Assembly (NCBI GenBank): GCA_013115125.1
Contig: JABANN010000141.1
Span: 1-62,806, forward strand
Direction of reading: 5' to 3'
Source: Perkinsus olseni
Lineage: Eukaryota
DNA: 62,806 nucleotides
Shown: piece after piece, positions 11,701 through 25,854 of the stretch
Layout of the letters: each line of letters starts with the position of its first letter
How positions within the stretch are numbered: position 1 is the stretch's first letter
Notes under the pieces: model-generated
Databases searched by the model: none
The model's input: only the letters and a program-made list of their open reading frames with translations
Told to the model about the DNA's origin: nothing
Translations under genes and position numbers: made by a program

Positions 11701-14700
11701 GTGTTGCCGCTAGTAGGCAGCGATATCTAGGTGAAGTATGGATAAGATCGCCTCATGTGTCGACCTGGATCCTTGTGTACCTCTTAACACCTACGCAAGA
11801 TGATGCTGAGAGTACTGACTTCCTACAGCTGGCGGTCTATGGCAGTGACGGCGCAATTGTGGCCTCAAGAGGTAGGCAAGGCCATCCGTCATTCGCTAAT
11901 GGCCGCTTGACTCAGAGGTTATGGTGCGAGGGGTGAGGCCCGAGGCTGCCCACACGCAGGTCTGCTATCCTTACCTGACGGCAGACTCCATCCGCGGATC
12001 TCCTCAGATCAACTGCACAATGGGCTTCCAGTGCAACATTCCCGCCCCCAGGACAACGGCACCACTGCCTTCACGTAGCAAGCTGTCCCTCCAAGAGCAT
12101 ACCTCATCAATAACTCAGCAGTGCCCTCCTCTCCTTGACAACGATGACTCGTCCACATCCGTAAGACAGCCCTTCGGCTGGGTTATGCCACCTTGGCGGC
12201 AGGTGAAACTGAACGTAACTACGAGGATGTTCACAGTTCCCTCGGCCTTCCGCGGCTCACAGCCCGGACCTTACACGCTCTGCCTGTGTGAGCAGTCCTC
12301 AGCTTCAGCAGCAAAGAGCACCGTACTCTCAGGCATTGATTTTGATGGATGCACCTCGTCCCATCATTTCACGCTTTTTTCGGGGACCCTCATGGTGCTG
12401 GGTCCAGACCCTTTGGCCGAGTATCCTTGCACCGTTGTGAACACGCATGCAGGTTTGACTCTTCGATTCGAGTTCATCCTCCGACTGCTGCTGATGCTGG
12501 CAGGTCTCCGATGCACCTTCGGGCCTCTGGTGATGGAAGGCATCCCCCCATTGACAGGGGTTGCTATCAGAACCGCATTCGATCACGTCAATGCTGAGAG
12601 CCATTGTGACAACTTACTCCCGTGAGAACCCGTCGGCAGTGTGTCCGGTTATGAAGTCTCCTCTCAGGGAAGGCTTTGAGGCAACTTCAGTGGTCGAGTG
12701 CCCTTCGGAATCGCCTCGAGCTTTGCCTGTGATTGACTCGAGGCTCAGACGGCAGGGGAAGGTGGCGATAGAACTGAAGATCCAGCCGGCTAATGGTCCT
12801 TCTTCATCGTGGCTCAGAGCAGGTTTGTTCCTGACATCATAGTCGGCCTCTCTTACCAATTCCGCATGCCAGGTGTCGTGCTCCTTGATATATCACCGGT
12901 GACGGTTGTTGATGCCCCTGCCGAGTTGTACTGCGTGCAGCCTACTGTGCCAGGCCATAACACTGTCAAGGCTTCATGCCCAGCAGTGGTAGAGTAGCAA
13001 TAGAGTGCTCATCCCCACACCGTTTGTGTAGATCCCTCTCAGTTCTGCCGCTAGTACTGATGGTAAGCAGTTCATTGAGATTGGCCTCGCTAGGGGCATC
13101 GACAACTGCGCCGACCTCGAGAGCCAGGGCGGCTCGAAAATGGTGGAAATCCTTGGCACCACAAAAGCTGAGGTGGGGCAGTTTTTTGGAAATGGCAGAA
13201 CCCTATCACTGCCATCCAGAATGGTACACCGCTGATGAGTACGGCTACTTTGACCGAGCGAGTACGATACAAGGAACGAATCTGCATCTGCCTGTACTGC
13301 TCCGTGGATGCTGGCACTCCGCCTGCTGAGTGGTTCACTATGGACCTCGGTGAGTTCGATTGCGCTCATCCTTCCTACGCCACGACTGCTCTCTTCAGGA
13401 GTCTCCGTCACAGTCGTGGGATTCAGTCAGATCACCGGTCCATCTCACGTGGTTAGCGGCAGCGACTATCTGCCACAAGGATTGGTGAGAGTAAGGCATA
13501 CGTCTTGAGCGGGTACTCGACTGGGTTCCACGTCGTCGAGGTCAGGTCGAAGGGGTAGACGTGTGGCTCTGGCTGAACACCACAAGGTTAGCTCTCTATG
13601 CAGCGGAGGCTGACGGCGCAACGGGGGTATCACTACTCGGCCGTAGGATAGCATTACGCAGTGCTCACCAATAAGCCCTCTCGGTTTCAGCTATTGACGT
13701 CGACATGACCACTTCGGTGGAGGGCATGGGATGGAGTACTCTCGTCTTCCCGGCTCTATCACTTCCTTCGACGACAAGGGCCGGCATTTGGAGCCTCTGC
13801 GCGTCATACTACGGCGAGCTATTGGTCGGTACGAGTAGCATGCGGGGGGGTGTTTGTACGCATATCACCGTATGCGAGGTAGCCGTGAGCCTCCTCAAAC
13901 GTTCGTCGAATTCTTGCCATCTCGAGGTCAACGTGATCGAGGGCCCTCTCCGTGGTCGGGTACATGAGGAGAGCCAGATTGATGTTGCCGGCCATTACCT
14001 ACCAGAAAATCACCCTATGCATATCATCCTGATAGTAGGGCCTTCGAGTCATGGCGAGTACTTGTTCCCTGTGGTGCAGTCCGTAGATGAGGGGAACCCC
14101 CTCCCCAGCGATGCATGCCAAGGCGAGGGCCTCGCTGAGGGTTCCATCTCTCCCTCTCAATGCAACGACGATAACACGGTAGGCACGCCCAGAATCACTA
14201 CTCGCTGCTGCTGCTCTTCCTCATACGCATTCTCAGGACCCCTCGGACCCCACCCTCTGCCCTCAACCATCGTCCGTGCACACATCAGAGCTAGTTTCTT
14301 TCGTCATCACACCATCTGCTCCAGGCAACTTTGCTCTATGCGTTCGCTACCTCCGAGAGCCTTCCCTCTGGGCCTTCGCCGGCACTGTGGAGGTCTTTGA
14401 GGATGCCTCGGTGCCCGGCGATGACGGCACATCGACAACGGAGGCGCTGGTCCAAGTGAAGCCTTTGGTTTTTACTCTTTTAACTGAAGGCCGTGTCCTG
14501 GCCGGTGGATGGTCTACAGTCCGCTTTCGGGCGTCCGTAGCACCAGTCGAACTCGGAAGGTTCTTCCTAGGGCTAGTCCAAAGTCAGATGACTAAGCCAT
14601 GCACTGACATAGTAGATCAAGTTGAGAATGGTCCAAGATACGAAGAGCCTCATTACACCCTCATAGTCCACCCACGGGTCGCTGCTGACCATGAGCTCTG

Positions 14701-17022
14701 TGCAGAGGTGCCCACCAGAGCAGAGGGGCTCAGGTGAGTGACGAGGGAGATGTTCGGTACTCAAGACAAGTTCCACTCAGTTACATCGGTATCATACGTG
14801 TGGATCCTGGCATCGCCCTTCTCAACGTGTCCCGAGCATACCACGGTCTTCCGCTATCGATCTACCTCTTCAGAGAAATAACCAGCCGACGTGTAGACGT
14901 CGTCTTGGTGAGCTAATGCTCTTCACTCCAGGGTCATTGCCCACTCAGGAGCCATCATCTTCCCTCCCTGCATGCAGTCAGGAAACAGCATTCATACGAA
15001 TGAAGTCATCTCAGTCCACAGTCAATGAGAGCATCGTGCAAGCGCAGTGCGTTGCTGCTACCTCTCGCCTCAATACCATCAACGCCATCCCCCTTCCAGC
15101 TACCCGCATGAAGCCGCCGACAAGTCTCTGCTGTCCGGTTCGGTGTATCGAATCTGTGCAACATCGCGGCCTGTGGATGAGTCGCCCAGAGAGGAGCGCG
15201 CGGCGAGGTGCAGGGCTTCACCTGATGATGCGTTTGATCACACCAGATCAGTTTTCATGGCCTTGGCGATTTCCTAGTGGCGAAGTACATCACGGAATAT
15301 AGTGCATACGAGAGTGAAGACCTGGCGGGGACCATGACAGTGACCCTGTACTAGGCTGTCTGTGGTGAGCCCAACTCAGCTGGAGATGGTCAGGTCCGTG
15401 GCATTCATTGACCTTACCCGACTACCGGTCGTTATGTTTGGATTTGATGGGGTATGTCGAGCTCTTCAGCTGAAGGCCGAACGCTACCTCGCCGTGACGC
15501 CCACTGAGGTTTTAGTCTATAAGCGCTCCAACGGACGGTGATAAGGCCTCGGTAGGTACACCCTACAGAGAATGGGCTGTCCTACAGTGTAGCCCCACTA
15601 CGTGGCAATGTGACAGCATCATCTTACACGTGGGACCTTATGTGAATACCGTCATAGGGCACAGCCTCCATTCAGGCTCTGCGCATGTACGTCCAGCTGC
15701 CTTCTGCCTGGTGCACATTTCCTCCCTCTTGGTGACGTGGCAGTAGCATCACCCAACTCGGGAGCCATACGGCAGCGGGAGGAGGAGGCCATCACAGTGC
15801 CATACCTGCTCCTCATGCTGAGGCTCAGAGGCGTCCATCCCTCTACCATCACCCGCTCCATTCTCCTCGAGGCAGTTGAGAGGGTTTTCGTATACCAGGA
15901 TGTCACCCTGGAGGCAGTCCTTGAGGGTAGGGATCATCTGAAGGCAGCCCTACTGTGTCCGCCATGGCAGGTAGCGTTGTCGCAGTGTTCAGTATTCCCG
16001 TCTCAGAGGGCCACGATGAGCCCCCTCTGACCTCGGCTTTGGTAGCACTAGAGCGTTGGCGGATACAGGTCACTAGGCCCACCAGCGTCTTGAGGACGTC
16101 ACTCTTGGGTATTGGCCAAGTCGACACGACCTTCCCTATAATGATGACTTCCGATAACTGCGCTGCTGTGGTCTTCAAAGGCTGCGAGATCTATTCACGT
16201 CTTGTGAGGGGATACCTTCTGCCGACGCCACCCGGCGTCGAGGCCACCACCCCCGAGCCGCAGGAGACTCCGATCAGTCTCGGCGAGGAGGCGCCTGTCG
16301 AAGACACCGATCGTGATGGAGCGGATGAGGCGTTGGAGCAGCTGGCCTTGCTGCTGTCCGCATGCTTGATTGGTGGTGCGTCACTTCATGCAAGTCGTGC
16401 GGTGCTCTTCCCTCGGCATCCTTCAGGGACTTCCATCATTTCCATGCTCATCTACATCCTACCTAAAGTATGGCGGAGATTCAAAAAGGTTCTCCGAAAG
16501 CTCAAGTTAGACCATCGACTACTCAAAAGTGTGACTTCAAACCGAGCTGAGTTCATGGGCCAGGTGAGGGCTGAAGACGTCCACTGCAACATACTCATCA
16601 CAGGTGTGCCCAATCTGCCTACAAGAGCTCTCAGAGTCTCCTCTCGATACACTACTACAGCTACCATGCTCCCATACCTTGCACTATCTATGTGTTATGG
16701 ATTGGTTCCGTTCCTCTCAACTGTCATGTCCCATGTGCCGCCACGTTCCCCCTAATGGCCTTCGCCACTGTGTAAGGGTCATTACCGCTCGAAGTGATCA
16801 GCGTGTCTCTCCTAGACGATGGTCAAGCTACGAACAGATCCTCGACGAGTGTGCCCGACTCCCGAGTCGGTACTCGAAGTGGTCATTGGCAATCCAACGG
16901 CATCGTCCTCCGCCTCATCAAATCCTCCTTCTCGGAGTGACAACGAAGAGCCACAAGCAGCCACAATCGGCCGTCCAAGTGTTGAGGCCGAGATCACCGG
17001 TACAGCATTATCGCAGACATGA
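5776..17022 (+). CDS. Giant multi-exon type-I membrane protein with cytoplasmic RING-H2 finger (putative E3 ligase); 5' end uncertain, may be more than one gene
   Basis: Chain of + strand ORFs joined by ~45-nt GT-AG introns, with repeated G-x-Y-x-(I/L)-C-L-C-type motifs. TM segment LALLLSACLIG/GTSIISMLIYIL followed by KVWRRFKK. Intron 16564-16603 joins to CPIC...CSHTLHYLC...W...CPMCR. Stop at 17022. Confidence 0.7.
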
Positions 17023-17805
17023 TACACACCCCATGGCATCTCGTTACTGTTTCGTCTTCCTTCATATTTGACGTTCTTCAAGCGGTACCAACGCGATAAA
17101 GCACTTATGACAGAAACTCATTATTTTCTCCCATGCTGACCACCTGCATGCACCTTCCCCCGCAGTAATTCTGCTGTGCCGTTTTCTTCCAGCAGCATGT
17201 CTACAATCTTTCTGCCGTATCGTGGCTGAGCGGCAGCTTTCCAACGTAGTGATTACGTCAATCATTCTTATCCCACCTGCATGATGAAGCCTCTGGACGC
17301 ATCATCGCCTCCTTTGAAGATTGCTTTCTTAGGCTTCGGTCGCTGAGAGTCGTGCATGCCATGGTGAAGCATGGGATACTCCTACTTCTTTCCCTGAGTG
17401 CTCGCTGAGTTTAGTCCCACTGTCAATGGGCTTATGGGGCTTCCATTGTTTCAAACTAGCTAATAGAGGGGACGCCAGCCGATGGCGAGAGAACATTATG
17501 CAAACCTAGCCGTCGAGAGCCGGGTTTGCAACTTGAACACAACCCTCATGGAATTGGGATGGCGAGACATCAGCGGCCTTAAGACCCATGAGCCCAACAC
17601 ATTGACTACGCTGAACGTTAATAAGGAAACAGGCAAATATCCATTAAAAGGTCCGACTGCATCCCTGCCCCATCCCAATGTACAGAAACACCCCCATAGA
17701 CCAACGGAAACAAAGTACAGAATTCTTTCCATAGTCTTCAAGCCTAACTATCGAGCCGTGTCGACAGAAATTTCGAATGAAACTCTCGTAGCCTGGAGTT
17801 GCCCT

Positions 17806-17920
17806 CGGTGCTGCTGCCATTGCTTGCAGTGATACCAGGTGATACTGGGGTACCACTACCCACGGTGCTGCTGCCATTGCTTGCAGTGATACCAGGTGAT
17901 ACTGGGGTACCACTACCCAC
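17806..17920 (+). repeat. 57-bp tandem duplication (2 copies)
   Basis: CGGTGCTGCTGCCATTGCTTGCAGTGATACCAGGTGATACTGGGGTACCACTACCCA repeated exactly. Confidence 0.95.
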
Positions 17921-17947
17921 CACAGCCCCCTCAAGACGACGCTTCTT

Positions 17948-18756
17948 GTGGAAGGCTTGCAGGCCAGATCGAATCTCCTCTATAGAACGCTGATCAGAGA
18001 AGACTCGTCAGAGACTTCGCTGCTTGAGCGACCTTCTCATTACGTTAGAGTTCCTCGCAGCAGCAGCAGCCGCTGCGACCGGTACTTCGCCGCTGCCGTT
18101 GCCATGCTGAAGTTCCTTCCTTTTTTCCTCTCGTTGACGGTCTCCTGAATATTGTCGAGGAGGCGGTAGGGCTACCGAAGACGTCATCATAGATACTCAA
18201 GGGCTTCCACGATTGAGCATACGTTCATGTACGACCGCGCGCGGATGAATCTCGCTACGCCAGTTTGATCGATTTCGAAATGGGATCTTGGTCCTCGGCT
18301 TCTCGCGACCAGAATCATGCTGTAGCAGAACTGGAGAAGGTAGGGCTTATCCGGGGCCGCAGGTGAGTTCACAGGTCACCTGTGGCAGGTGTTCTTGAGT
18401 GAATCGCCTCCTTCCGAGTGGGAGGTCAAAGTCTACAGCCAAGTTGGTGGGACCTGTCCTTCGACGCTACCCTCCTCCGAGCGACCACCAGATTATGGAC
18501 TTGTGGACAACAAGCCAGCATCATCATCGTCATCATCATCGAGAAATTACACCCGCTCCGACGACAGGAGTAAACGGCGACGCTTAAGGGATAGTTGGAA
18601 CGTGACTGGCGAAAGACAGACTGTCGCAGAGGTCTCAAAGGAGGAGATGCGAGAGGTCGAGAAGTGCGTCGAGGTGTGCCTTCGGGATCATGCTGCACAC
18701 GACCTGAGTGCACGTGATACCTGTCCCCCAAGCGATGGGTGTGATGCCAGTGATGG

Positions 18757-18800
<44 letters not shown>

Positions 18801-18871
18801 TGTTACCGTCATCATGCGTGATGCCCCGAACTGTCATGAAAAGATCGAGAGATGACGCCGATGTTTATTGA
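17948..18871 (+). CDS. Hypothetical spliced protein with acidic poly-Asp C-terminus
   Basis: Terminal ORF 18389-18871 is preceded by a CAG acceptor; upstream exons not resolved. Confidence 0.35.
18758..18799 (+). repeat. (GAT)14 microsatellite
   Basis: Read directly from the sequence. Confidence 0.95.
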
Positions 18872-19067
18872 GTCACATGCTTGGCTTCATTGATAACGTG
18901 CTCTGTATTGTTACGAGTTAGCACATTGCTTCGCTAACCCGATAGGGAGAACTCAGACCTAATTCTGGCGATAGAAAATGGACATGTTGATCATTACACA
19001 ATGGTACGTTACACAACACACTTCATTAGTAAACGCCATCGGAGGCGATAGTGAGCTAACGGACAGT

Positions 19068-22000
19068 CAGAGACGGGTTGCCTGCCTCGAATTAAGTGGC
19101 TCCTCTAGACCCAACTCGTCAAGCCGCTGGAGGTGTCCCTCGAGGCTAGAGCCGCTTCCTGAGGACGGTTTGGTCTGCGTCGCCTACAAGTAGCCAGCCG
19201 GGTACCGAAACTCAGCTCGCAATCATTCGAGGCAGGTGCTGCATTCTCCTGGGCAGCGTCATCCTTGGACGGCTGTTCGGCAGGAGCCAAAGGCGAGTGA
19301 GCCCGACTCGGCCTAGGACTCGACGAAGGAGCTAAAGCAATAGTGCCACGTGGTAGTAGCACCAACACGGATTGAGGCTCACGTTTGGATCTGGAATTCA
19401 CACTAGTGTTAACGGGGGGTGGTGTTGGGCTGTCGGCGTATGGGGTAGCAGTCGGAGTCTCTGGAGTTGTCCCTCGCTGCGAAGGGATATCGTCATAATC
19501 CTTCGTGTCCAGCTTATGCTTTAATACCTGATAGGCACACTAGCAGTACTGGAAACTCTCTAGTGGAGAGTAGAAGAGTGACTTTATGCAACTCGATCGT
19601 CTCCGATGTCTTTAGTCTGTGCTTCTGACTGAAAGCTATGACGGCTTCATGAATGGCTCGTGGAAGCTGACCTTCTTGAATGAGAAGTTTACCGACAACC
19701 TGATCACTCACTGTTTGTCAACTGGCTCCTTCAGACACCTACGTATCGCCGGTCACTCCCTGTTTCCGAGTTCCTCGTCACCTCGACCTCTATCCATTCA
19801 CCATCTGCTCGTCCAGCCCTACCACGGCCTCTCGGATGGCTGTTCCGCTTGCTTATTGACGGCAGCCTAGCGTAAGGTGATTCTCTCTTAACACTAAGGC
19901 GGCCATTGTTTGGTGTACGGCTCGAGCTGGGTCTGAGCTTTGCCTCAGACGTGCGCCTGAGATATATATTCAGTCAGCATGAGCCTGAAACAGTTCCTAC
20001 GAGTTCCTTTTATTCCGTTCTGTAGTGGGTGGGGATATTGAAGTCGCAGGGGCGTCACCATCTGGTGGAGCTCGCCTAACTCCTCTGCCACCCGTCCTTC
20101 GCCCAATTTGAGTCCCTCCGCGTGGTAACCGAAAGGCTGAACTCCGGGAACCAGGAGTGACATCGATACTGAAAAAACATTTATGAAGTCGCTTGAAGTT
20201 GTTGTTGATGATGCCGTAGCGCACTTGGACGTGTCACAGGCTTTCTGATTTCTTATCAGCTGTTGCATCGCAGCCCCGTCCGGGTCTCTATTCTCCACGA
20301 CCTCCCGCATCAGCTGCCTCTCCCTGTACCCGCGCTGCAAACGACTAACTGCCTCGGTGTAACCACGAGGGTTCACACTCTGAAAACGGGGAGAATCGAT
20401 ATGCCCGGGAAAGAATGATAGCTCCACCTTCGAATCGGTGTTGGGAGTCTCGGCACTTTTCTGTGTAGAAGCTGGAGCTGCTGATATCGAACTGCCTCGT
20501 GTCTGGGGCTTGAAGGTACAAGAAGCGAGCTGAAGGAGGATCTCGGATCGGACCGCGCGCGCAGAGTAAAAACAGAAAAACGACAGCGGCAGGATTCGAA
20601 CCTGCGCAGGCAGAGCCTAGTGGATTTCGAGTCCACCTCCTTAACCACTCGGACACGCTGTCGATGAATTTCTCAACAAGCTTAAAGGGTGGACACGGAT
20701 AAATTCACCTCCTCCATTTCCTTAGCCTCCTTGACGCGCTCCAACCTTCTCAGACGATCTTCCTTTGATTGCATTCCTAAGACCAACTGAATGTATTCAC
20801 ATGTTGTATCAATCAGCCGACCCCACCTCGCTGGTACAGCATAAGATGCCGCGATGGTCTGCTAATCCTTTGCCCTGGCTTCGTGAAGTAGTCCATGCGT
20901 TCCGATCCACCGAAGGAAACAGGCGATATCTCTTCAGCGACCGAATTTCTGTTGGGCTCGTCTCCGCCTCGTGAGACGCCACTCTTTCGAGGCGTAGACC
21001 TTTGACAACCGACCTGGCATCGTCTACGATGGCACTCCTACTTCCAGTTCATTCTTGGACTGGCCGAAACGGCTCTTCCAGCACCAGCTGCTGACGGGCC
21101 GTTGGAGACGAACCGTCTAGGGGCTCTTTGGTCGAACGGAGGAGCCTGACTACCATCGATGCAAAAGCAAAGGAAGGTAATGAATGATATCACTGCGGGA
21201 GGCTGCAGCAAAACACCATCATTGCCACCATCAAGCAGCCCATCTTCCTCCTCTAGCTTCTCGTATTGCATGCCCCCGGTACTGCTACTACTGCTGTCAT
21301 ATCCCGTGTCCCCTTTCGACCGGAAGGATGATACTCTCCTTCGCCGGTTCCCCGCCTTTCGCCTAGTAGGCGACGTAAAACCTACGGAGACGCGTCGACC
21401 AGCATCGATTGCATGGCCTCTACGCTTCGTTGGGGAAGAGTCCCCGGCTCCTGGCATGGTAGAAGAGGTGAGAGCAATGGTCGAGGGAGAAGACGATGAG
21501 GCCGAAGACCGAAGACTTCTGCGGCGTCGTGATCGGCTTGCAAGGGGGCTAGTGGTAGTCTCTACAACAGCGGACACTGATGCAATTGTCGACTCATTCG
21601 CGGACCAGGTGGTTCCGTCTCGACGTCCGCAATGCCTCCATGAGTTGAGTCAATGGTTTTCATCCGCTCTTTAGCCCTCGGCGTCTCCATCAACAACTTC
21701 AATGCTTCTATAAGACGTTCGCGTGGCCCAGACTGGCAGACCGACCTCTAACGATGAGGTCATCGGCGGCCTACCACGGTCTGTTGGGTCAAAGTCTTCT
21801 CCCCTCTCCCTTCGACAGCAAGACGCGCACAAGCTAGGAATCCGCATATATCGGACACACGAACCTGGCCGATGGGACGGCACTTCAGCTTTTCATCGCT
21901 TCCGATTGAATAAGACCAGAGGCGTGAGTGTGAGCCAAGGAAGAGTGAATGGAAGGGTGTCGTTACTACCTCCTCCTCCCCAGTTGGATCAAATGTCATG

Positions 22001-22456
22001 ACCCGTCTAGGGGAGGAGTTCCTCCTCTTCCTGTCTGGTAGCGCTGCTGTCTCCTGTTGTGTTGGCTGAAGGAGCATCCTTGACCTAGCAGAAGGCATCA
22101 AGTGTGCTGTCTGAATGGCCCCAGTGTGTGCACATCTCCCTGACCACCATCCCCTCAACCTCATAGTCCTTCCCAGTACCTTTAGCATTCAATACCCCTA
22201 CCTGAAGTAATAGCTGTAGTAATAACATAACAGAGTTACTACAGCTGAGAGGAAGTGATGAAGATGACGTAGTAGGATAGTAGCCGGACAGGAGGATGGC
22301 ACCAGCAGATGGGCACAGGCCCGGAGGGACGTACGCTCCAACGCCCCTGAAGTAGAGTACTACCGATGATGATGAACATACTGGCAGAAGTCTCTCAACG
22401 GAGGTACTACGTGAGAGCTCCTTAACCTCGGGGTCTTCACCTTCTGTACCCTCCAT
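19068..22456 (-). CDS. Multi-exon hypothetical protein with an EEL-x2-CTFKP motif (host of intronic tRNA-Ser); ends approximate
   Basis: Exons join as ...ERVKEAKEMEE|LASCTFKPQT... Later exons give VNPRGYTEAVSRLQRG and VVGKLLIQEG...FSQKHRL. The N-terminus is Ser/Arg-rich. Confidence 0.65.
20581..20662 (-). tRNA. tRNA-Ser(CGA)
   Basis: Cloverleaf with acceptor GACAGCG/CGCTGTC, anticodon arm GTGGA-CTCGAAA-TCCAC, long variable arm and GGTTCGAATCC. Followed by a T5 Pol III terminator. Confidence 0.98.
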
Positions 22457-22633
22457 GCGAACGCCGCTCGAGGCTTTGAGGCGGCATTCACCATTTTGTC
22501 TTGCACTCTCGCCAACTCTTACCTTTTCTCAACGGCTAAGTCAACGGTTTTTGAGAAGTCCCTCCTGCACCCTATAGGATTCCTTTCCAGCCTTCTCGGT
22601 TTTGTCGTTCTCCATCTACCTCCTCCTTCTCTG

Positions 22634-24852
22634 ATGTCCTCTCCCTTAAGTGTTGACGGAGCTCGTGTGCATGGACAGGAGGTTCGGAATGCCAACGTTA
22701 CAGCTGTCGTAATAACAATAGGATGGTGGCTTGCTGCTGCTGCCTAAGCCACGGCCTCCCTCTGCTGTCTTAGGTTGCTGTTGCTAATATTTTGAAATCA
22801 TCGTTGGGCCCTCAAGGACTTGATAAGATGTTAGTTGATGACATTGGTGATGTCACTGTCACTAACGATGGTGCTACTATCATGAGGAAGCTTGAAGTGC
22901 AGCATCCCGCCGCTAAGGTACACGACGATGATACACTTGGAGGTGTCACAATGTTCGTGATGATCAGGTACTCCAACAACTATCCAATCTACAAGATCAA
23001 GAGGTCGGTGATGGTACCACTTCTGTTGTACTTGTTGCCGCTGAACTTTTAAAGAAAGCTAATGAGCTCATCAAGGGAGGTATTCATGCCACTAACATCA
23101 TACAGGTAGGGGGCAACTCATTTGCAGTGCAAATCTAGAGTCGCTATGGTCACAGGGTTATCGGGCTGCTATGAAGGAGTGTGTTAAGTTCGTACCGCAC
23201 GCACTGGGTGTCAAGACTAAGACACTTGACGAGCAAGTACTCGTCAACATCGCTAAGACCAGTCTTAGTTCTAAATTCATCGGTAATACTGCCACTAAGG
23301 AACGTACGCGTAGTATGGGCCCTCCAGGCACCGACGCTGAGTTTGCAAGGCTCGTTGTTGAAGCTATCAAGTCTGTTAGAGTAACAGGATTTGATGGAAA
23401 AGATAAGTACCCTGTTGGACAAGTGAATGTGTTGAAGTCCCACGGGAAGGGCCTCACCGAGTCCAGGCTGATCAAGAATGGTTATGCCATTGCCCTTGGG
23501 AGGGCTGCCCAGGGTATGCCCACCAGAGTGGAGAACGCCCGTATTGCTTTGCTGGACTTCGATCTGAGAAAGGCTAGGATGGGACTTGGCGTTAAGATAC
23601 AGGTAACCTCGCGATGCTAGATAGTCACGATAGCATTGCCCATTGCCAGATTACTGACCCAGCTGAGCTCGAGAAGGTTCGTCAGAATGAGATGGATATC
23701 ACCAAGACCCGCATTGAGAAGATACTCTCCAAGGGTGTTAATGTCATCCTTACAAGCGGTGGATTGGACGATTTCTCGATGAAGTATCTCATCGACCGTA
23801 AAGTGATGGGCGTGAGGAGAGTCCCTAAGAAGGACATGAAGAGGATTGCTAAGGCAATGATAGCTGCTTGATAGGAGTCCTTCATCCTCCCATCTCAGGC
23901 AACTGGAGCTAAGCCATTGCTCACATTAACGGCTACTGACCAGTGGGACGAGGAGGGTATCGATGATTCTGCCATCGGCAAGGCTGATCTTGTAATGCTG
24001 TCGTGACTGATAAGCGGTTGGTCATACCATCATCATCAGGTCCATGAGGAGCGTGTCGGGGACAATGACTTCGTATTCATCACCAACAATGACGATAGTC
24101 AGTATCAGGGCAAGAGCTCGACCCTCCTCCTTCGAGGGGCATCCGACTTCGTCTTGGACGAGGTAATAACTACGTCTTGTATTGCAGTCTATAAGCGCTA
24201 TTATTTAGGCGGAGCGAAGCGTTCATGATGCTCTGTGCGCCACCTCCCGAGCGTTAGAGTCCGGCAGTGTAGGAAGCCTGCATCAGCACTCCCTCAACAT
24301 GTTGCTGGTCATCAGGTCGTTGGTGGCGGTGGATGCGTCGAGGCATCCGTATCACTACACCTGGAGGAGTTTGCTACCTCTCATCGTGGAAGGGAGCAAA
24401 TGGCTATTCTAGCCTTCGCTGAGGTGCTTTCGGACTCATGATGGCAAATGATGGTACTTGCTCCTGGTCAGGCATTGATGACTATTCCGAAGACCCTTGC
24501 CCTCAACGCTGCCCTCCCTGACGTGCCTGCACTTGTTGCTGAGCTGCGTGTTGCGCATACTCGTGGCGATGCGACGGCCGGTCTTGACCTCTCTAAGGGA
24601 GAGGTTACTGATGCCGTATCGCAGGGCGTAAGATGGGGCTGTGGTGTCGTCTCCTCTCGATTATCCTCCTATCAGATACTTGAGCCGATGGTGTCTAAGC
24701 TAAAGTCCATAAAATTCGCAACTGAGGCTGCCATCACCATCCTCAGGATTGATGATCTCGTTAAAGTTGTATGTTCATGATCCACTGAACCTCCGCTTAC
24801 ACGTGTATGTCAGGCCCCTGAGCAGTCCCCTCAGGATCCCCGTATGGGTTAG
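22634..24852 (+). CDS. TCP1: T-complex protein 1 subunit alpha (chaperonin CCT1), multi-exon
   Basis: [65 protein letters not shown]. Confidence 0.96.
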
Positions 24853-25121
24853 ACTGCTGGCAGCAGCTCCTTATGGAGTCTGCCTACAGATGATCTCAGA
24901 AGTCTGCTGCAACGTCGTCATCATGAGCCCAAATACCATCACTACAACTACCATCACGATTTCCTTCCATTATCATTGTGCACACACCGCTGAAGTGGAC
25001 ATTAGTGGCTGCTGCTGCTTTGATGAGATTCTCGACTATCAATGGCTTTGAGTGAATAATCAGGTTGGGGGGGCATCGGGTGTATCAGAGTGTCTCTAGT
25101 AATAACTACCACCACTTCAAT

Positions 25122-25854
<733 letters not shown>

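Noticed and set aside
17806-17920. Possible CRISPR-like array
   Set aside because: Two abutting identical units with no spacers and no cas genes, in a eukaryotic context.
18426-18815. Poly-His ORF on the - strand (and the poly-Met ORF at 61811-62020)
   Set aside because: Both are translations of (GAT)/(CAT) microsatellites in non-coding frames.
20345-20656. ORFs spanning the tRNA-Ser (and 43692-43970 spanning tRNA-Trp)
   Set aside because: Spurious translations of tRNA sequence.
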